A DNA stretch of 64,000 nucleotides, taken from assembly GCF_009914755.1 (NCBI RefSeq), contig NC_060944.1. One strand, given 5' to 3'. The position numbers and the translations under genes were made by a program. Below, piece after piece: positions 20,401 to 37,590 of this stretch. The notes beneath the pieces were generated by a model. It searched no databases, was not told where the DNA came from, and was given only the letters and a program-made list of their open reading frames with translations. The DNA comes from the human T2T-CHM13v2.0 reference genome, Homo sapiens. Positions within the stretch are counted from its first letter, which is position 1. Every line of letters begins with the position of its first letter.

Positions 20401-22957
20401 GTCTATTTTTAAGTTTAATAAGAGGGTGATGTAGACTTAGTCATAGGTACATGTGGCTACACTTTGCTTATAACTTTGTGATTTTCCACTTTAAACTTAA
20501 CAAATCTATTTATCTCTGGGCCTAAGCTATTCTTTAGTTGCAAATTAGGCAGTTTTGAAAGCTGCTCTAACTTCTTCAGCTCCCTGGGGCTCTATCCAGT
20601 GTATTACTCACAGATTGGTAAGAGATGAAGGTCCTTGCTACCAACATTATCATGCACAGAGAAACTTCCTAACACACAATCACCCAGTATTCCTCTAAGA
20701 ATTGATAATGTGTCTGGAAAATTACTATTCTTTTAGGGTCCCAATGATGCTGCAGAGAGGGCCAAGCCTTGTTCAAGAGCTCTGCTAATGAGATGAGGCT
20801 CTGCCAGGGGAAGAGAGGTACTGCCTCCTTCCTGATGTTTGCATACTCCTCTTTGTCAAGGGAGATAGTCTTAGGCATTAGGATATGGAGGAAAACAGAG
20901 CCTTTGGAGGAAGGAGTTAGATAAAGAGAAAGACACACTACTTCTGTCTAAAACCCCTATTTCACCATTCCTTATGGCTCCAAGATAAAGTACATGCCAA
21001 CGCTGAGAGTCAAAGTTTTTTTTTTTCTCAATGTCTCTCATCAGTTAAAAACTATACATTTATCCAAGAGAATCTAGAATAGAGAGAGAACAAATATTGA
21101 GTTGGGGGTCACCCTTCAAAGGGCATTATCTGTCAGATGAAGGTTACCAATGGAAATAAAAGACAAGATACACAGAGGAAAACGTCATCACAGCACCTTA
21201 TATCAGGTTGAGTTTTTATGCTCTTTTCTTGCCGTCTGTTTTTGTTTCTATGTAAGTACAAAAGCCATTTAGAGAGCTTCCTTCACAGAGTGTCCACTAT
21301 GGTAGAGAAGACGTAGAGAATATGCAGGAAACAGGATGTAAATAGAATACAAATTATGAAGCAGAGTGATTCATAAGAATATAAGAAAGCAAGTGTTTTT
21401 GACCTTGCAAATTATTTCAACAGAGAGGTAGCATATTTGGCATTGAAATAGCCCAAAGGCATAGCTATATCTTAAAGTATATGTTTAAAAACATGTGTTT
21501 AAATAAACATTTAAGTGCGCCGTTTAATACACCTATTTTATTATGTATGGAAAACAGACTCTCTAGGAGTAGTGGTCAGTGCTCCAGAAGGAATTAGTTG
21601 CACACTCAGGTCGGGAAATTAAGGACAGTTAAAGGAACATGTTTACAAGGTTGTGGGCATGATTAAGAGAAACAAACAAGGAATGTGAAGCCTCTGGAGC
21701 TAGCAATAGTGAGGGGCTGTTTATCACTCCTAGGATGGAATGGGCTAGGGGAGGAAATAACAACCAGCACCCAGGAGCTGCGGCTGGAGGTAAAGAATTT
21801 CAGCCAACTTGCAGTAACCTGGCACAGGGGGAGCCAAATTGCACTTTCCTCCCTCCCTCCAATCTCCCATTGGATGGATCCACCTGAAAGCCGGGAGGCA
21901 TGGGGCCCACTGATCCGGCCAATGAAGATCTTCCTTGACCTCAGGTGAAAAACAGAGAGATTGGCAAGAGGAGATCCATCCTATGAATAGTCACATTTCT
22001 CAAGAAATGAAACAAAGTTCTTCATGTAGATCATGTTTTTTTAAAAAGCATATCTATTTTACTGTTATTATTTAATGTTCATTAAGCACTTCTGGCTCAT
22101 TAGGCATTCATTAATTAGGATCTAATTCTGCATGCTCCTTTTCCCAGCTATAAAAATCAGCAGGCTTTTTTTTTTCAGCTGCTTTTATCTGACTAAAATA
22201 ATGGGTTCTTTTTTCAACAAATGGTAGAGGGTTATATAAAAACTCTGAAAAAATACCAACAATCACCTTCAAAAGGTGAACACAAAATTTACGGAAGAAT
22301 CTATAATTATATTAGGATTTTACAGGGAGAATATTATCTCCCTTCCTAAAGCACCTTCCTAAAGGAGGAGGTATCTCAATGTGCAAAGTGAACATAATTT
22401 CTTATTAAATATAATTTTAAGGGGGAAAGCTGGTGCATAAAAACTCATAAAAAAGAGCAACCCAAACTGGAAACTGGCAATTGTTTAAGGCTCTTTTACA
22501 ATTATTCAATCTGTGTGTCTTTCCTGACTCTGGGCATTCTGCTCCTTTTGCATGTTTGTAAGCTGAGATGCGTGGGAAATAATAAAATATTATGCACAGC
22601 CCACACCCCACATAGAAAGCTTGCTGTTTCTCTGTGGGAAGTTTTAACTTAGGTCAGCTTCACCTAAGAATTATTTTTCTTTCTTTCTTTGAAGAAGGCA
22701 GATTCCTGGTCCTGCCACTCAAATTTTCAAAGTGAAAATATTTGGTCTGATTTTCCAATGTATTTCCTTGATGTCAATCAAGTGTCTGAAACATTAGTGA
22801 TTGTTTTTACCTTGTACAGTGAAGTGAGGTAGCATTTTAATTAGGGAAGAAAAAAACTGACTTATGCTCAAAAGTTCAAAGCTTTTGTGACAGAACTCAG
22901 AGATTGAGGCCAGGAAGTCATGATTTGTGAATCAATGATCAGATCATCTGAGCCCTT

Positions 22958-25125
<2,168 letters not shown>

Positions 25126-25155
25126 GAGTTCCACTGGTTAAAAAAAGCTAGTTCT

Positions 25156-25856
<701 letters not shown>

Positions 25857-26571
25857 TCAGCTCTAGAAAAGTTTTTACCCCACAGAGACAATGGCTACAG
25901 AAAAAATAAATGCTGGGCTCAGTTACCTCAGGGGACCTGGCAGATGACCGTAGTTAAGAGAGGGAGATCAGATGTTTTATCCAGGGAATTGTATTGGAGA
26001 AAGAGGGGCTGAAAAATGGGATTGAAGTTTGTGTCCAGGTAGAAGCTCTTTCTCCTTTATGCTTTATGTCCAGAGCCTGCTTGGACCCCATGAAGCAGGC
26101 TAGAGGCTTGAGTGAGAACATCATTCCTGACTGAAGCCAGAGCAATATGCCGGGCCTCTCACATATATTTTTATCCTGGACACTTTTCCCCAATGATATG
26201 CCCTGGACTTTTCTTTCAAATTAAATTGCCCTCTTTTAGCCTTGACCAAAAGTGAGAATCTGGGCCCTTGACAGATATATTGCTATTAATTTTTTTTTGG
26301 AGATGTAGCCTAGCAAGGAGGGGCCTCATCTTCTGAGGAAACCTTAGCATTGATGAGTACTGACTGAGAGGATTGGCAAGGTTCACTCAGATGAACGAGA
26401 TAGGGTGAGAAATCCACTCACAAGTGGATTTAACCCAGGCCTTCTGCAGTTATCGGGGCATGTGATATCAAACAATAGAATGAGCAATTTATGGGTGACT
26501 GAAGTATTAGCATTGTCAATATTATTTTCAGTTGTTATCATGGTTGTACAGTTCTTACTAGCTTCTTTAGA

Positions 26572-27030
26572 CCAATGGTATTTAAACTTTAGTGTACACC
26601 ATCATCGCTTGGAGAGCTAGTAATCCTGAAGATTCAAGAGCTCCACTTCCAGTGATTTGGTCTTGAGCAAAATCTGGGAATTTGCATTTTAACAAGCTCT
26701 TGGGCGATGCCATTGTGCTGGTTGTGAGCCACAGTTTGAGGAGCACTGAGGCACTCATCTGCTGACCACTGGTTGGGCCCGGCGGTCTGTTTTAAAAAGC
26801 ATCCAGGTGATAACCAATTCTCACTAAAGTTTGAGAAGAGCTGTTTAAAACCACTGGTTCGCAGACTTAACTAAACATTGGACCCACATGAGCAGTTGCT
26901 TAAAGAATGCCAATGCCTGGGTCTCACTCGGCTGATTCTGATGAAATTGGAGTGGGAAGCAGCCTGACATGGGGATTATTTGAAGCTCCCAAGATCACTG
27001 TAATGGGCAGCCAAGGTTGAAAACCATTTG
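26572..27030. mobile_element. Cluster of 2-3 MER5-type hAT-Charlie MITEs
   Basis: 'gggaatttgcattttaacaagctc...agtttgaggagcactg', 'aagtttgagaagagctg' and 'gcagccaaggttgaaaaccattt' are MER5-like ends. Confidence 0.7.
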
Positions 27031-28027
27031 TAGACCATACCTTCATTCCTGCATTGCAAGACTACACGATCTGCAATTTGTACTTTCCAGTATGTCACTA
27101 TGGTAGAAAAAGAGATGGGTAAAATTCTAGCATCTGAAAGGAAATAATCTTTGCCAGGCTTGCATGAATTTGATCCTAGCTTATCTTACATATTGTACAG
27201 ACTGTGAGTAATGAAGGGCTCAATTTGAAAGAGCTGGGAGTGAGTCAGCCGGAAGAGGTAGAAATTTGGGCAAAAGAGCAAGTTCTATAAATCTGTAGAA
27301 GTGAAACCCATTTAGTTACCTCCAAAGGGCCAAATGTGCTGTTTAAAATGCTCCAATAGAGCATTGAATTTCACAGCTGTCTGTAGCTTTGAGGCCAAAT
27401 TCTCATTCCCTAAAGTTAGAAAACAGAAGTAGGAGCAGTACCAAAAAGCCACACATACTACTGAGATATTAATTAAGCCCCAAAGACTTCAAGGACCCCT
27501 GTCTGGTCTTCCTAAATGCACTATTTTTTGCCAACGGATGCAAACAGATTTCTCTTGACCTTCCCCATACTTGACCCAGATCTCTAAGTCTAAATATTAT
27601 CACCATAAGAAGATGTCAACATTTTAAGTTCCAGATAATAGATTCCTGGGAAATGAACCCACATATTTTTGTTATTTCCCCAAGATCTTGAAATTTTTTC
27701 TGTTTTTATTAAAGTCTCTTATAGGAATGTATTAAACAATAACAACAAAAAATCCCAACAAAACAAAACAAAAACTAAGCTAGATTCCTGTCCGGAAATC
27801 CAGCAAACGTTTTAGGCAGGAAATGTAGGTATTTTGCCAAGTCAAAGCAGTGGATGGAGAGTCAGAAACACAGGATCCTTGTCCTGGTTTTGTACCTTAC
27901 TATGTGACCTTGAGAAGGTTGTGCAACTCCTCTGAGCCTCATTTTCACATGTGTCAAATGGCAATGATGTCTCAGGATCCCTTTCTACTTTAACATAAAA
28001 GAATCGTGGTAGGACATGGGAATCTGA

Positions 28028-28335
<308 letters not shown>

Positions 28336-29244
28336 CTGAAGAATTCTTTATGATTGCAATGCATTGCAAATCTCTTGTGTTTGGTTGCAAACTTTCAACT
28401 GAAACACTGAGTGAATTGTTGCCTCTGCAATGACAAAATTTTGGTGGTGCCCCCTCCTCCTTTCTTTCCTGCTGTATAAGGGCTGTCCTTTTTCATTGAT
28501 ATGATTTAAGAGACTGGAAAAAGTAAACTATTCTTCAATTCATTCCTCTTAAAGTGATAGAAGACACGATTTTTCCTATGATCTGCTTTCAAATCACTCT
28601 CACCGGCTGTGAATCTCCTCTTGACGGCTGTGAATCTCCTCTTGACACAAAGTTATCAGCTGAAGATTTCTCCCTCAGTTGGTTTATACTTAGCCACCCT
28701 TTTGAAATGAGGTTCCATTTACTTTATTGGTTCTAGGAAAATGCAGGCATTTTAAGGCCCATTTTTGCTTCTTCCTGATTGGAATGGAAGGGGAGGAGGG
28801 GCAGGGACAGCTTCTCTAATTTGCTGGTGAACTGAAAAATACTCCAAAGACCCTTTTTCAGTCTTCCTGAGTAGATTTGCCTTTGCCAAAGGATACAAAT
28901 ACACTTATTTTAACTTTGCCAGCCATTGTGTCAATGTCTAATTTTGGACCATATTAACAAAAAAAAGTTGACAAAATTTAAGTCATTGAGGGAGACAGAT
29001 CCAGCCAAAGCTGGCATTGGCATTAATGATGGACATTGATAGTGATTGGATTAATTTTAAGTGGTTGTATGGAAGGAGTTACTTATATTAACTAAGAAGG
29101 TGCCAAAGGGAAGAAAGCAAAGCAGGAAGAAGACAGAGTTCTGGAATTCAAGAAATCTTGGCTTGAGTTTTCATCATCAATTAACCAGCTATGAGTATTT
29201 GGAACAATTTCTCAATGGCTTAATGTGTAAAATGGACCTAGACC

Positions 29245-29400
29245 CGTGCTGTTTGAACTTTAATGTGCATTTGAATTTTCTGGGATGTGTTTAAAATGTA
29301 AACTCTAAAGTAGGTCTGTGGGTGAAGCCTGAGATCCTGCACTTGTAACATCTTTTAGGTGATTCAGATGCTACGAGTCAGAGGACCACACTCTGAGTAG
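29245..29400. mobile_element. MER5A-like MITE
   Basis: 'gcctgagatcctgcacttgtaacatcttttaggtgattcagatgct...gaccacactctgagtag'. Confidence 0.6.
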
Positions 29401-31206
29401 TGTCCTCAGTGGATAATTCTTCTCATGCTACCTTCCAGATCTAGAAGTAAGCAGATAACTAAGTAAGTAAAGAAATAACACTCTTAAACTATTCTGAAGA
29501 GCTCTATTAGGAAAGATACTGAAGTCCAAATTTTATAAATTAGCATGTGAATGTGAAATGGTACCTAAGTGGATTCTTTACAATTTCACACCCACTGCAG
29601 GAAAAAATGTCAACCACAGAAGTAAGATCTGTTGGAGAAATAGGCCTCCTGGTTATTTTTCCAAATTATTGTTCTTTGCTTATTGGATACCTCCTAATCT
29701 CACTTTAAAATTACCCAGAAGAAACCTGTAACGAAGGTTTCTCATTTTGTCTATCAGCCAGAGAATTATGCTTTTTAAGTTTTTCTTAAATGTATGGTAC
29801 ATAAACAATTGGTTTTGTTACTAATAATTTTTTAAATTGTCAACCTAGTAATTTTCTTTTAAACTATTTGTATTGTAGCATAAATTACTAATTTTCATCC
29901 TAAGACTGAATCTACATTTCAGCTAGTTACACAGACTATTAATGTATATTTGCATGCTACTGATGAGAAACTCTCCATTGAAATCCTAACCAGAATTAAT
30001 GTAGACAAATCAAAAAGCCTTCGTAGTTTGATGTGTGTGGGTTGGTTTGTACACCCCAAGACACACTTATAACATTAATAAACATGATGGTTAGAATATA
30101 AGTATGAATATAAATTTGGCTTTCTGCTATTTTATGTTTAACTGGTTAGTTTTTATGAGGTTTCAGAGCATTCAGGTTTTCACTCAGAAACGTAGTCACT
30201 TGTGACAGGATGCATCTTTCTGGCAGTAACAGCCAGAACAAGCTGCCCAGCTCTCCTTCTGAGGAAGTCATTTTCAGGTTTCATTCCCCAAAGACTAAAC
30301 CAGCAGCAAAGTCAAAGATGTGGCTTCCTTGCAGTGTATGCTTCGGCCACTCTCACTTTGATGAAATAGAAAGAGGTGAACAGGGCAGCCGTGCTTCTAT
30401 TTCACACAAGAAAACAGAAAAGTAGAGGAGAGAATTTTATTTACAGTGAACATCAATGCCTCCTGTTAAGTGTCAAAAAAGTTTCTTCATAGAATATGAA
30501 TCTTTTGAAGATACTTAAAAAAAACAACTTTACTTCTTCCTCACAGGATAAAATAGAAAACATTCTTAGGGTTTTTGTCATAAGTACTATATTATAATAA
30601 TCCTACTAAAATTTAAGCTAACATGAATTTCTATATGGTACCATATTAATAATAAAAGCAGTGAATTTGGCATCAGAAAACATTGAATTGAAACCTGACT
30701 TTGAACCAGTCAGGGTTCTCTGGGACTCAATGTTTTTTACTTCAAAATATTGGTTTCGGTATTCACTAAGGTCCTACCAGCCCTGAAGTTCTTTGATCAG
30801 TTTTTCAATGATGTTTTAGTGTTCTAATGTTTATTTAAAAATTTCAAAATATGCTTACTGCTCTTCTTCACATATGTTGTTTTTCACATTTAACATTTTT
30901 CATAACTGGGCTATTCCCTTGATAAAAGTCCAGTATGTAGTTTCCTGTTTGATATTAGGGCCTCAGAACTGAATACAATTATTTTGGTCCAGGATACAGA
31001 AGAGGGCTCCAGGAGCGTAGACAGATGGGCCAAGGTAATGTGAGTGTGCTCTTTCTAGCTGGTATCTTGGTGAGTGAGTTTGTCTTGTTAGAAAGCTATG
31101 CTCTTGGGAGAGGAGTTTCAAACTGACCATGGATAATTGCTTTGTAAGAGCCATTTTCAGATGGTTAGCCATTGGCTCACAGAGGTGCTCAGTGAGAAAA
31201 TGAGGT

Positions 31207-31408
31207 CAGTGGTATGTTGGGGCTGACTCAGCTCCTATAGCCCTGTAAGGTCAATCATGCGCCTCTACTTAACCCCATATTCAGTGACTTCGTATCTGTG
31301 GCTTGGAATTGATTACAACGGGTATATTTACATCTTGGAACTAGCAAATGTTACAAATCAGGATCCTTATTGTAGTCAGTTGTTAACAATTTACAAATAC
31401 TACAACTG
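31207..31408 (+). mobile_element. MER63A-like hAT MITE
   Basis: Termini cagtggtatgttgg ... tactacaactg. Internal 'tattcagtgacttc' and 'gcaaatgttacaaatcagg'. Confidence 0.65.
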
Positions 31409-32849
31409 GGTATCTCACAACCAACACACACATTCAGAATTTTGAAGTGTCTTTTCATCAAGGCAAAGAATGGGACTAGAACTTCGCTCTCCCAAATGTC
31501 CATCTTTTATGATTTATTCCCCAATCTAGGATGTCTACACAATTAATTTTTTTAAGTGTGTAAAGTGTACTATTTTTATAATTATATATTTATATTTTAT
31601 AATTATTAAAGGATTACACATTTGTAATACATTAAAATGAATTATAAATGGAAGAGACAAAATAATCATCCATATTTACATAATCCAAATTATTACTATT
31701 AGTAATATTATTAGTAGTATATTACTATCAGTAAAATTTTTCCTATAAGCGATCCTGTGAAAATTGAATACAGGTAATTTGCTTAACCTATGACTCTTCC
31801 ACGACTTAGGTTTCTTCCCAATTTGCTATTATAAATAATACTGTGGTGAGCAACTTGATACAACTTAAATAGCATAGAAAGGCTGTGAAGAGGAAATATA
31901 AAATGTTTGTTTGAGACTTGAACCTCTTGAATTGTTGACAAAGTAGGGGAGAAGATGGCATGAACAGTTTAATCATGGCCGAGAAAAATTCAGCTGTCCA
32001 CAGAGCAGTTTGGAGAACCTGGTGATTTATTGAAGTCCTCTAAATACCAACTGAATGGTGTATGTGGGTGTGTTGCGATGTTCTGCCAGGTGGTTTTGAA
32101 AAGAGCTTTCCAAGGTTTAAATCAACCCTATCATCAGAATCAGAGCAAATGCCGGCTATTTTTTTCATACCCTAATTCTGGACCTGATTGGGAACACCTG
32201 TTAGGAATATTGTTCATTTGATGCATATTGAGTCAAGCAACATGGTCACAAAGAGTTTGGTAACAGCAAAGGTAGAGCCTTGTGTTGGTGGGTGAGGCAA
32301 AAACTTTCTGTGAAGCCTTGTTTGCCAAATCCACCTCCAGATTCCTGGGCCAGCGTGTTCCTGAACCTACCGCCGAGGCAGCACAGCTATCTGGTACATT
32401 GTGTTCCCTGATAGCTGTGCTTTGAATGGATTTGTGTGCATCTCCACCTGCTCTGTTCACCCAAGTAAAGGTTCTGTTGCTGAATGCACTGGTTCTGAAT
32501 TTATTAAATTCTTCATTTAATTTGACTTACCACACATTTAATGTGCAGGTGTCCACTGCAAGGTAGGCTTCTGTGGTTGTTTAGAAAGTTGAGCAGACAC
32601 TGCCCACATTTTTGAGACTGGCAGTCTAACAGAGGGCGATAAGAGGTATTAAAATGCCCTGAGTAGAAGGTACATGGGATGGAGGCTATCATAAGAATTA
32701 CCACTATGATACGAGAACAGAGGGAAAAAAGAGAGAAATCTGAGAGAGGAGATGTAAAACAATGCCTTCATCAGAGTAGTGGCATGGGTAATTTTTCAAC
32801 TTGTGAACACAGAATAAAGAAATGCTAGGGACAGTGAGTTTCATGAACA

Positions 32850-33649
32850 AACAGGAAGCTAATAACAATTGCTCATTCCTAAGATCTATTTTTTACTCAC
32901 AACACTTCTGACACCAAATGTGTGGGTTTTCCACACCAAGCAATTCTCTTGCAGATACCAACTGTTTCCTACACTTTTATTTAATTCTGACCCTAATTAC
33001 CTGGAGTTAGTACAGATCCGACATGTTAAGGGCTCAGTCCCACAAGATTGCCCTCCTGCTTCTGACCAATTATAAGTAGTGGATCCTTAGGTTACCCGCA
33101 CTTCTAACTTGGCCAGACGTTGTGGGTTCCCACAACCCCCTCCTCAGGCTTTATAATTTGCTACAACAGCTCACATAACTCAGGGCAACGCCTATGTTTG
33201 CCAGTTTAGTATAAAGGATATTAAAAAGGGTTGGCAGATGACAAGGTACATAGGGTGGGGAAGGGTCCCTCAATGCAGAAATTTCTGTCCATGTTGAGTG
33301 GGGGTGCACTACCCTCCCAGCGCACGAAACCAGAAGCTCATCAAATCTTATTGTTTAAGAGTTTTCTTAGAACTTAATCACCAGCTCCCCCATCATTCCC
33401 AGAGGTGGGCAGGTGGGGATGAAAGTTTTAGTCTTCTAATCACTTGGTCTTCCTTGTAGCCAGCCCCATCCTGAGACTATCTAGAGTACCTGCCATAAGT
33501 CACCTCATTATTGTAAACTCAGGTGTGATCAAAAGGAGCTCCTTATGAATAATAATAAACATTCCTATCATTCAGAAAATTCCCAGGGTTTTAAGAGTTC
33601 TGTGCCAAAACAAGGGGCAAGGACTAAATATATTTCTTATGACATCACA
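32850..33649 (-). mobile_element. MER21-type ERVL solo LTR
   Basis: 'cacttctgacaccaaatgtgtgggttttccacaccaagcaattctc' and 'ggctcagtcccacaagattgccc'. The element ends 'tttcttatgacatcaca'. Confidence 0.75.
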
Positions 33650-33961
33650 CTTATAATGTTACGGTGCTTCTTGATAAAGAGCTTTCACATATGTTATCAC
33701 AGTTAAGTTAGGAATAGAAACATGCTGAATTGGCTGAGCTTAGGTTTGAGGGACAAAGGTGGAACTGTTTCTGGGACAGTTCGTTGTTGCTACACCACAG
33801 ATGATATGCTAATTTGGATTTTCTCAAGAGCAGATCTCAAGATAAAGATTTTAAGTAGTCTATTTGGGAAATAATCCCAGGAAGTAGGGTGAGGGAACTG
33901 GGGAGCGAGGCAGGGAAGGAAGGAAAAGCAACCAAAGAAACCTGAGTTAGCAGATGACTCC

Positions 33962-34490
33962 TAGGGCTAGGACAAGTGTGAGGAGAGGGAAGCTCACCCA
34001 GGTTGCTGAATTTATGGGAGTTTCAAACACTCAGTAGTCAATACAGACAATATTGTAATATAATATTTTAAACCATCAAAATTAACACAAAAATCCATGA
34101 TACACACATTATTAAAATTTTAAATAAGGACAGGATCTAACAATACTGCATTGGGCCATATAGGAGCCTGAGGAAAAAGACAACAATATGCAAGAATACC
34201 TTTCTTTGTATTTTTAAAATGGGGAATTTTTTTCCAGAACATTTAAGTACCTGAAAAATGTAAAATTTAAAAGTAGAAGTATTAAAACTCACATCATTAT
34301 TTTAAATTTAAACATTGTATTTATATCAAAAACATTTAGCTATACTTTTACTTTATTGGTTTCCATGGAAGCAAACACTAATAGTATTTTTATTAAAACC
34401 ATTAGCCATTTAAAAATACATAAAAACAAGTACACAGAAGCATACATATTTCCTTTTGCCTCAGGCTTCAGTACGGCATACATGGCACTG
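33962..34490. mobile_element. MER96B-like hAT DNA element nested in an LTR33/LTR16-like LTR (~33790-34760)
   Basis: Internal inverted motif ggagcctgaggaaaaaaga (~34163) versus tccttttgcctcaggcttc (~34451). LTR-like sequence lies on both flanks. Confidence 0.55.
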
Positions 34491-34787
34491 GTTACCACTG
34501 TGGACTTAAAATGCTGGGGATCCTCTGAGAATTGTCCTACTGAGAAGGTAGGAAATTTAGGCTCATTGTTTAGAGCTTTTCCTGTGGGTGTTGACTCTGG
34601 CACTCCCCACCATGCCCACAGTGGGGAGGCCAAGACCTGTTGGAAAGGCACTATCATTGTCTGCTGTTGAGGGCTTGATGAACATTCAAGAACCACAGGC
34701 TTTTACAATGAACCCTGTGGAAGCCCCAAGGGTTTTGAAGAAGGTGTGGGACAATGATCAAAACTCCACTTTAGAAACATTTTTATG

Positions 34788-34920
34788 GAGCCAGACACAA
34801 TGACTCACTCCTGTAATCCCAGCAACTTGGGAAGCAGAGGTGAGAGAATTGCTCGAGGCAGGAGTTTGAGACTAGCCTGGGCAATATTTTGAGACCCTAT
34901 CTCAATAAAAAAAAAATAAA
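34788..34920 (+). mobile_element. Alu monomer (FLAM-like)
   Basis: A single ~130-bp Alu arm ending in poly(A). Confidence 0.85.
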
Positions 34921-35843
34921 TAACTTAAAAATATTGTAATGCATTCACTATGTATAGTGGGTTGGGGAATGAGAGAAGCTGAAAGCAGGAAGGGTGATTT
35001 AGAAGCAACTGCAATGCCTTGGTTGGGAGAAAATGTGGGCCTGAGCTAGGAGTGTGTCTATAGAGCCAGAAAGAAAAGAGAAGGGGAAAAAAACAGAGCA
35101 GGACTTGAGTCATTGTGTTCTGGCCACCAAATGAATGTATTAGGCCAAAAGAAAGGAAGATGTACAGATGAGGCTGCTGTTCCTCATCAATGGCTGAGAT
35201 AATGGTGGTTTTGTTTTTAGAGATGAGCGCTTGAGAGAAAGGGCAGATTTGGTGAGAGAAAGGTTTGGGTTGCAGTCAGTGGAGAGAATTTCAGGTTGGA
35301 CTCACATGTCCATGGAGACAAAAGATTTGGAGGGCCAGAAAATTGCAGAACTCTTTTTGCCTAGGTTGATGTTCATGGTATAACAGTTGTGGAATATTTA
35401 CAGTTTTGAAGGAGCTTGATCCCCGCCCCCATACCTCAAGTCAATGGGAAGCCATGGGGTTTTGTGGAATAAAAGGCTGTGGTTTCCATATTGGACACCA
35501 TGAGAAATGGTAGCAGAGGCAGAGTGAAAGTGGATATTAGATTGGAGGCTGCTGCAGGAGTCCTGGTAAATAAGGATGGTGGTTTGGACATTTATGGGTG
35601 TATGTCATCTCACATTGGCCACTGGCCTTCTGGAATATTTACATTACTATGTTCATGAGACATCCAAGTGGGGAGGTGTTTTAGGCATTTGAAACCGCTT
35701 GTTTTAGTTCAAGAGAACATTGGTGCAAAGTACAAAATTTTGAGAAAATGACATAATCTGTGGCACCATTACCTAGAGGCAGTGGATACAGATGTGATTC
35801 AGGAAATAGAGTAGAAAATATAGCACAGAATCTCAGACAAGAC

Positions 35844-36305
35844 TATTGTGAGTTGAATTGTGTTTCCCTCAAAATATGTCAAAGTCCTAACCTCCAGTAC
35901 CTCAGAATACAATCTCATTTGGAAATAAGATCATTGAAGATGTAATTAGTTAAGATGTGGTCATTCTGGAGTGGAATGGGCCCTTTATCCAATGGAACTG
36001 GTGTCATTATAAGAAGAGGAAATGTGGACATAGCACAGACCCACGAAAAGATAATATCAAGTAGCAACAGAGGCAGAGATGGAAGCAATGCAGCTAACAG
36101 TTAAGGAACACCAAGGATCGAGCCTACCAGCGGAAGCCAGGAAGAGGCAAGGAAGGATTCTCCACAGAGTCTCAGATGGAGCGTGGCTCTGCTAACACCG
36201 TGATTTCAGACTTCTGGCCTCCGCAACTGAGAGAGACAAATGTCCGTTGTTTTCAGCCACCCTGTTTGTGGTACTTGGTTATGGCAGTTCTAGGAAACTA
36301 ATACA
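35844..36305 (+). mobile_element. MLT1C-like MaLR solo LTR
   Basis: 'gttgaattgtgtttccctcaaaa...gtcctaacctccagtacctcagaat' through 'ggcagttctaggaaactaataca'. 5-bp TSD aagac/aagat. Confidence 0.85.
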
Positions 36306-37039
36306 AAGATCTTATTTTAGAGGTGAGAGAAAATGTAAATGAATAAAATCAAGAAGGACTGGTGAGAAACACAAAAAAATAAGCTGGAATGTATAATACA
36401 GCAACCACAAAAATTAAGTGTTTTAAGAAAAAGGTGTTGAGGAGGGTAAATTTACTTGAGCAGTGAAGGAGAAGAATTGAGCCAAGGCTCTGTTCATTGT
36501 CCACCTTAGCGAGGGTGGGGGAGGCATGGAACCCAGAGGATGGACAGAGAGGGAAAGGCAAGACTGTGGAGTCATGGGGTACAGTCTCTATATTGAGACA
36601 TTTGGAGGAGGAGAGATGGAGCAAAGATACAGTAAGGTGAGAGTTGAAGGCACAAGGCTTTATTTTTTTATTTTCTTCCCTCTGTGTCTTTTTTTTTTTA
36701 AGGATAAGGGAGGCTCACACTTATTAGCTGAAAGTAAGTTTGTAGTTAGTAAGACCAGAAATGAAAAAATAGAAGCAATGAAGGGTGCAGGCTTCTAAAC
36801 AAGGCAGGATGAGATAGGACCAACACTAAGGATGTGAATCAGTTTAGAGACAAGGAAACAGTGATGAATAGAAATGCTGGCCTGGATTACGGCTTTGCTG
36901 CAATCCTTCACCAGCTGTCTCACCTCAAGCCAGTTACTTTGCTTATGTAAATCTCAGATACGACAAGTAAAAAATGCTGTACAGATTAAATGAGACAATA
37001 AACTGTCAAGTTTACCACATTCCCTAGAACCTATTAAAT

Positions 37040-37590
37040 AATTAATTTATATACAATATATAATATACATATTATATGTGAAATACTATATTTTATATAA
37101 TATGTATATTATATATTGGATACAGTAGGAATATTTACATCATGGAACATATTGTACTGCATATACATAGGTATTATATATGCATATATGTATATGTTAT
37201 TGTATGTGTATATTATATATAAATTTTTATATAGTATATATATTATATATTTTGAAATATATATTATTCAAATACATATTTGTATATTATATACTATATA
37301 TTTGAATATACATATATATTTTGAAATATATTATTCAAATACATATTATATAATATATAAAATATTTCAATATATAACATATATATTTTGTATATTATCT
37401 AATATGTATATTATATGTAATATGTAATATTTGTAGTTATAATATGTATGTTATATAATATGTACATATAAAATATGCACATTATATAATATACACAATA
37501 TATAATATGTTATATATTTTGAAATATTTTATATATTATATATAATATGCATATTATATATTATATATTTGAATAATACATATTTCAAAA
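37040..37590. repeat. AT-rich (TA)n-derived low-complexity tract
   Basis: About 550 bp of degenerate TATA repeats with recurring 'tatattttgaaatat' units. Confidence 0.9.

Noticed and set aside
28354-28369. 16-bp perfect palindrome ttgcaatgcattgcaa
   Set aside because: About one 8-bp-arm palindrome is expected by chance in 64 kb.
37116-37427. 103-aa Ile/Tyr-rich ORF
   Set aside because: It is an artefact of TA-rich low complexity.
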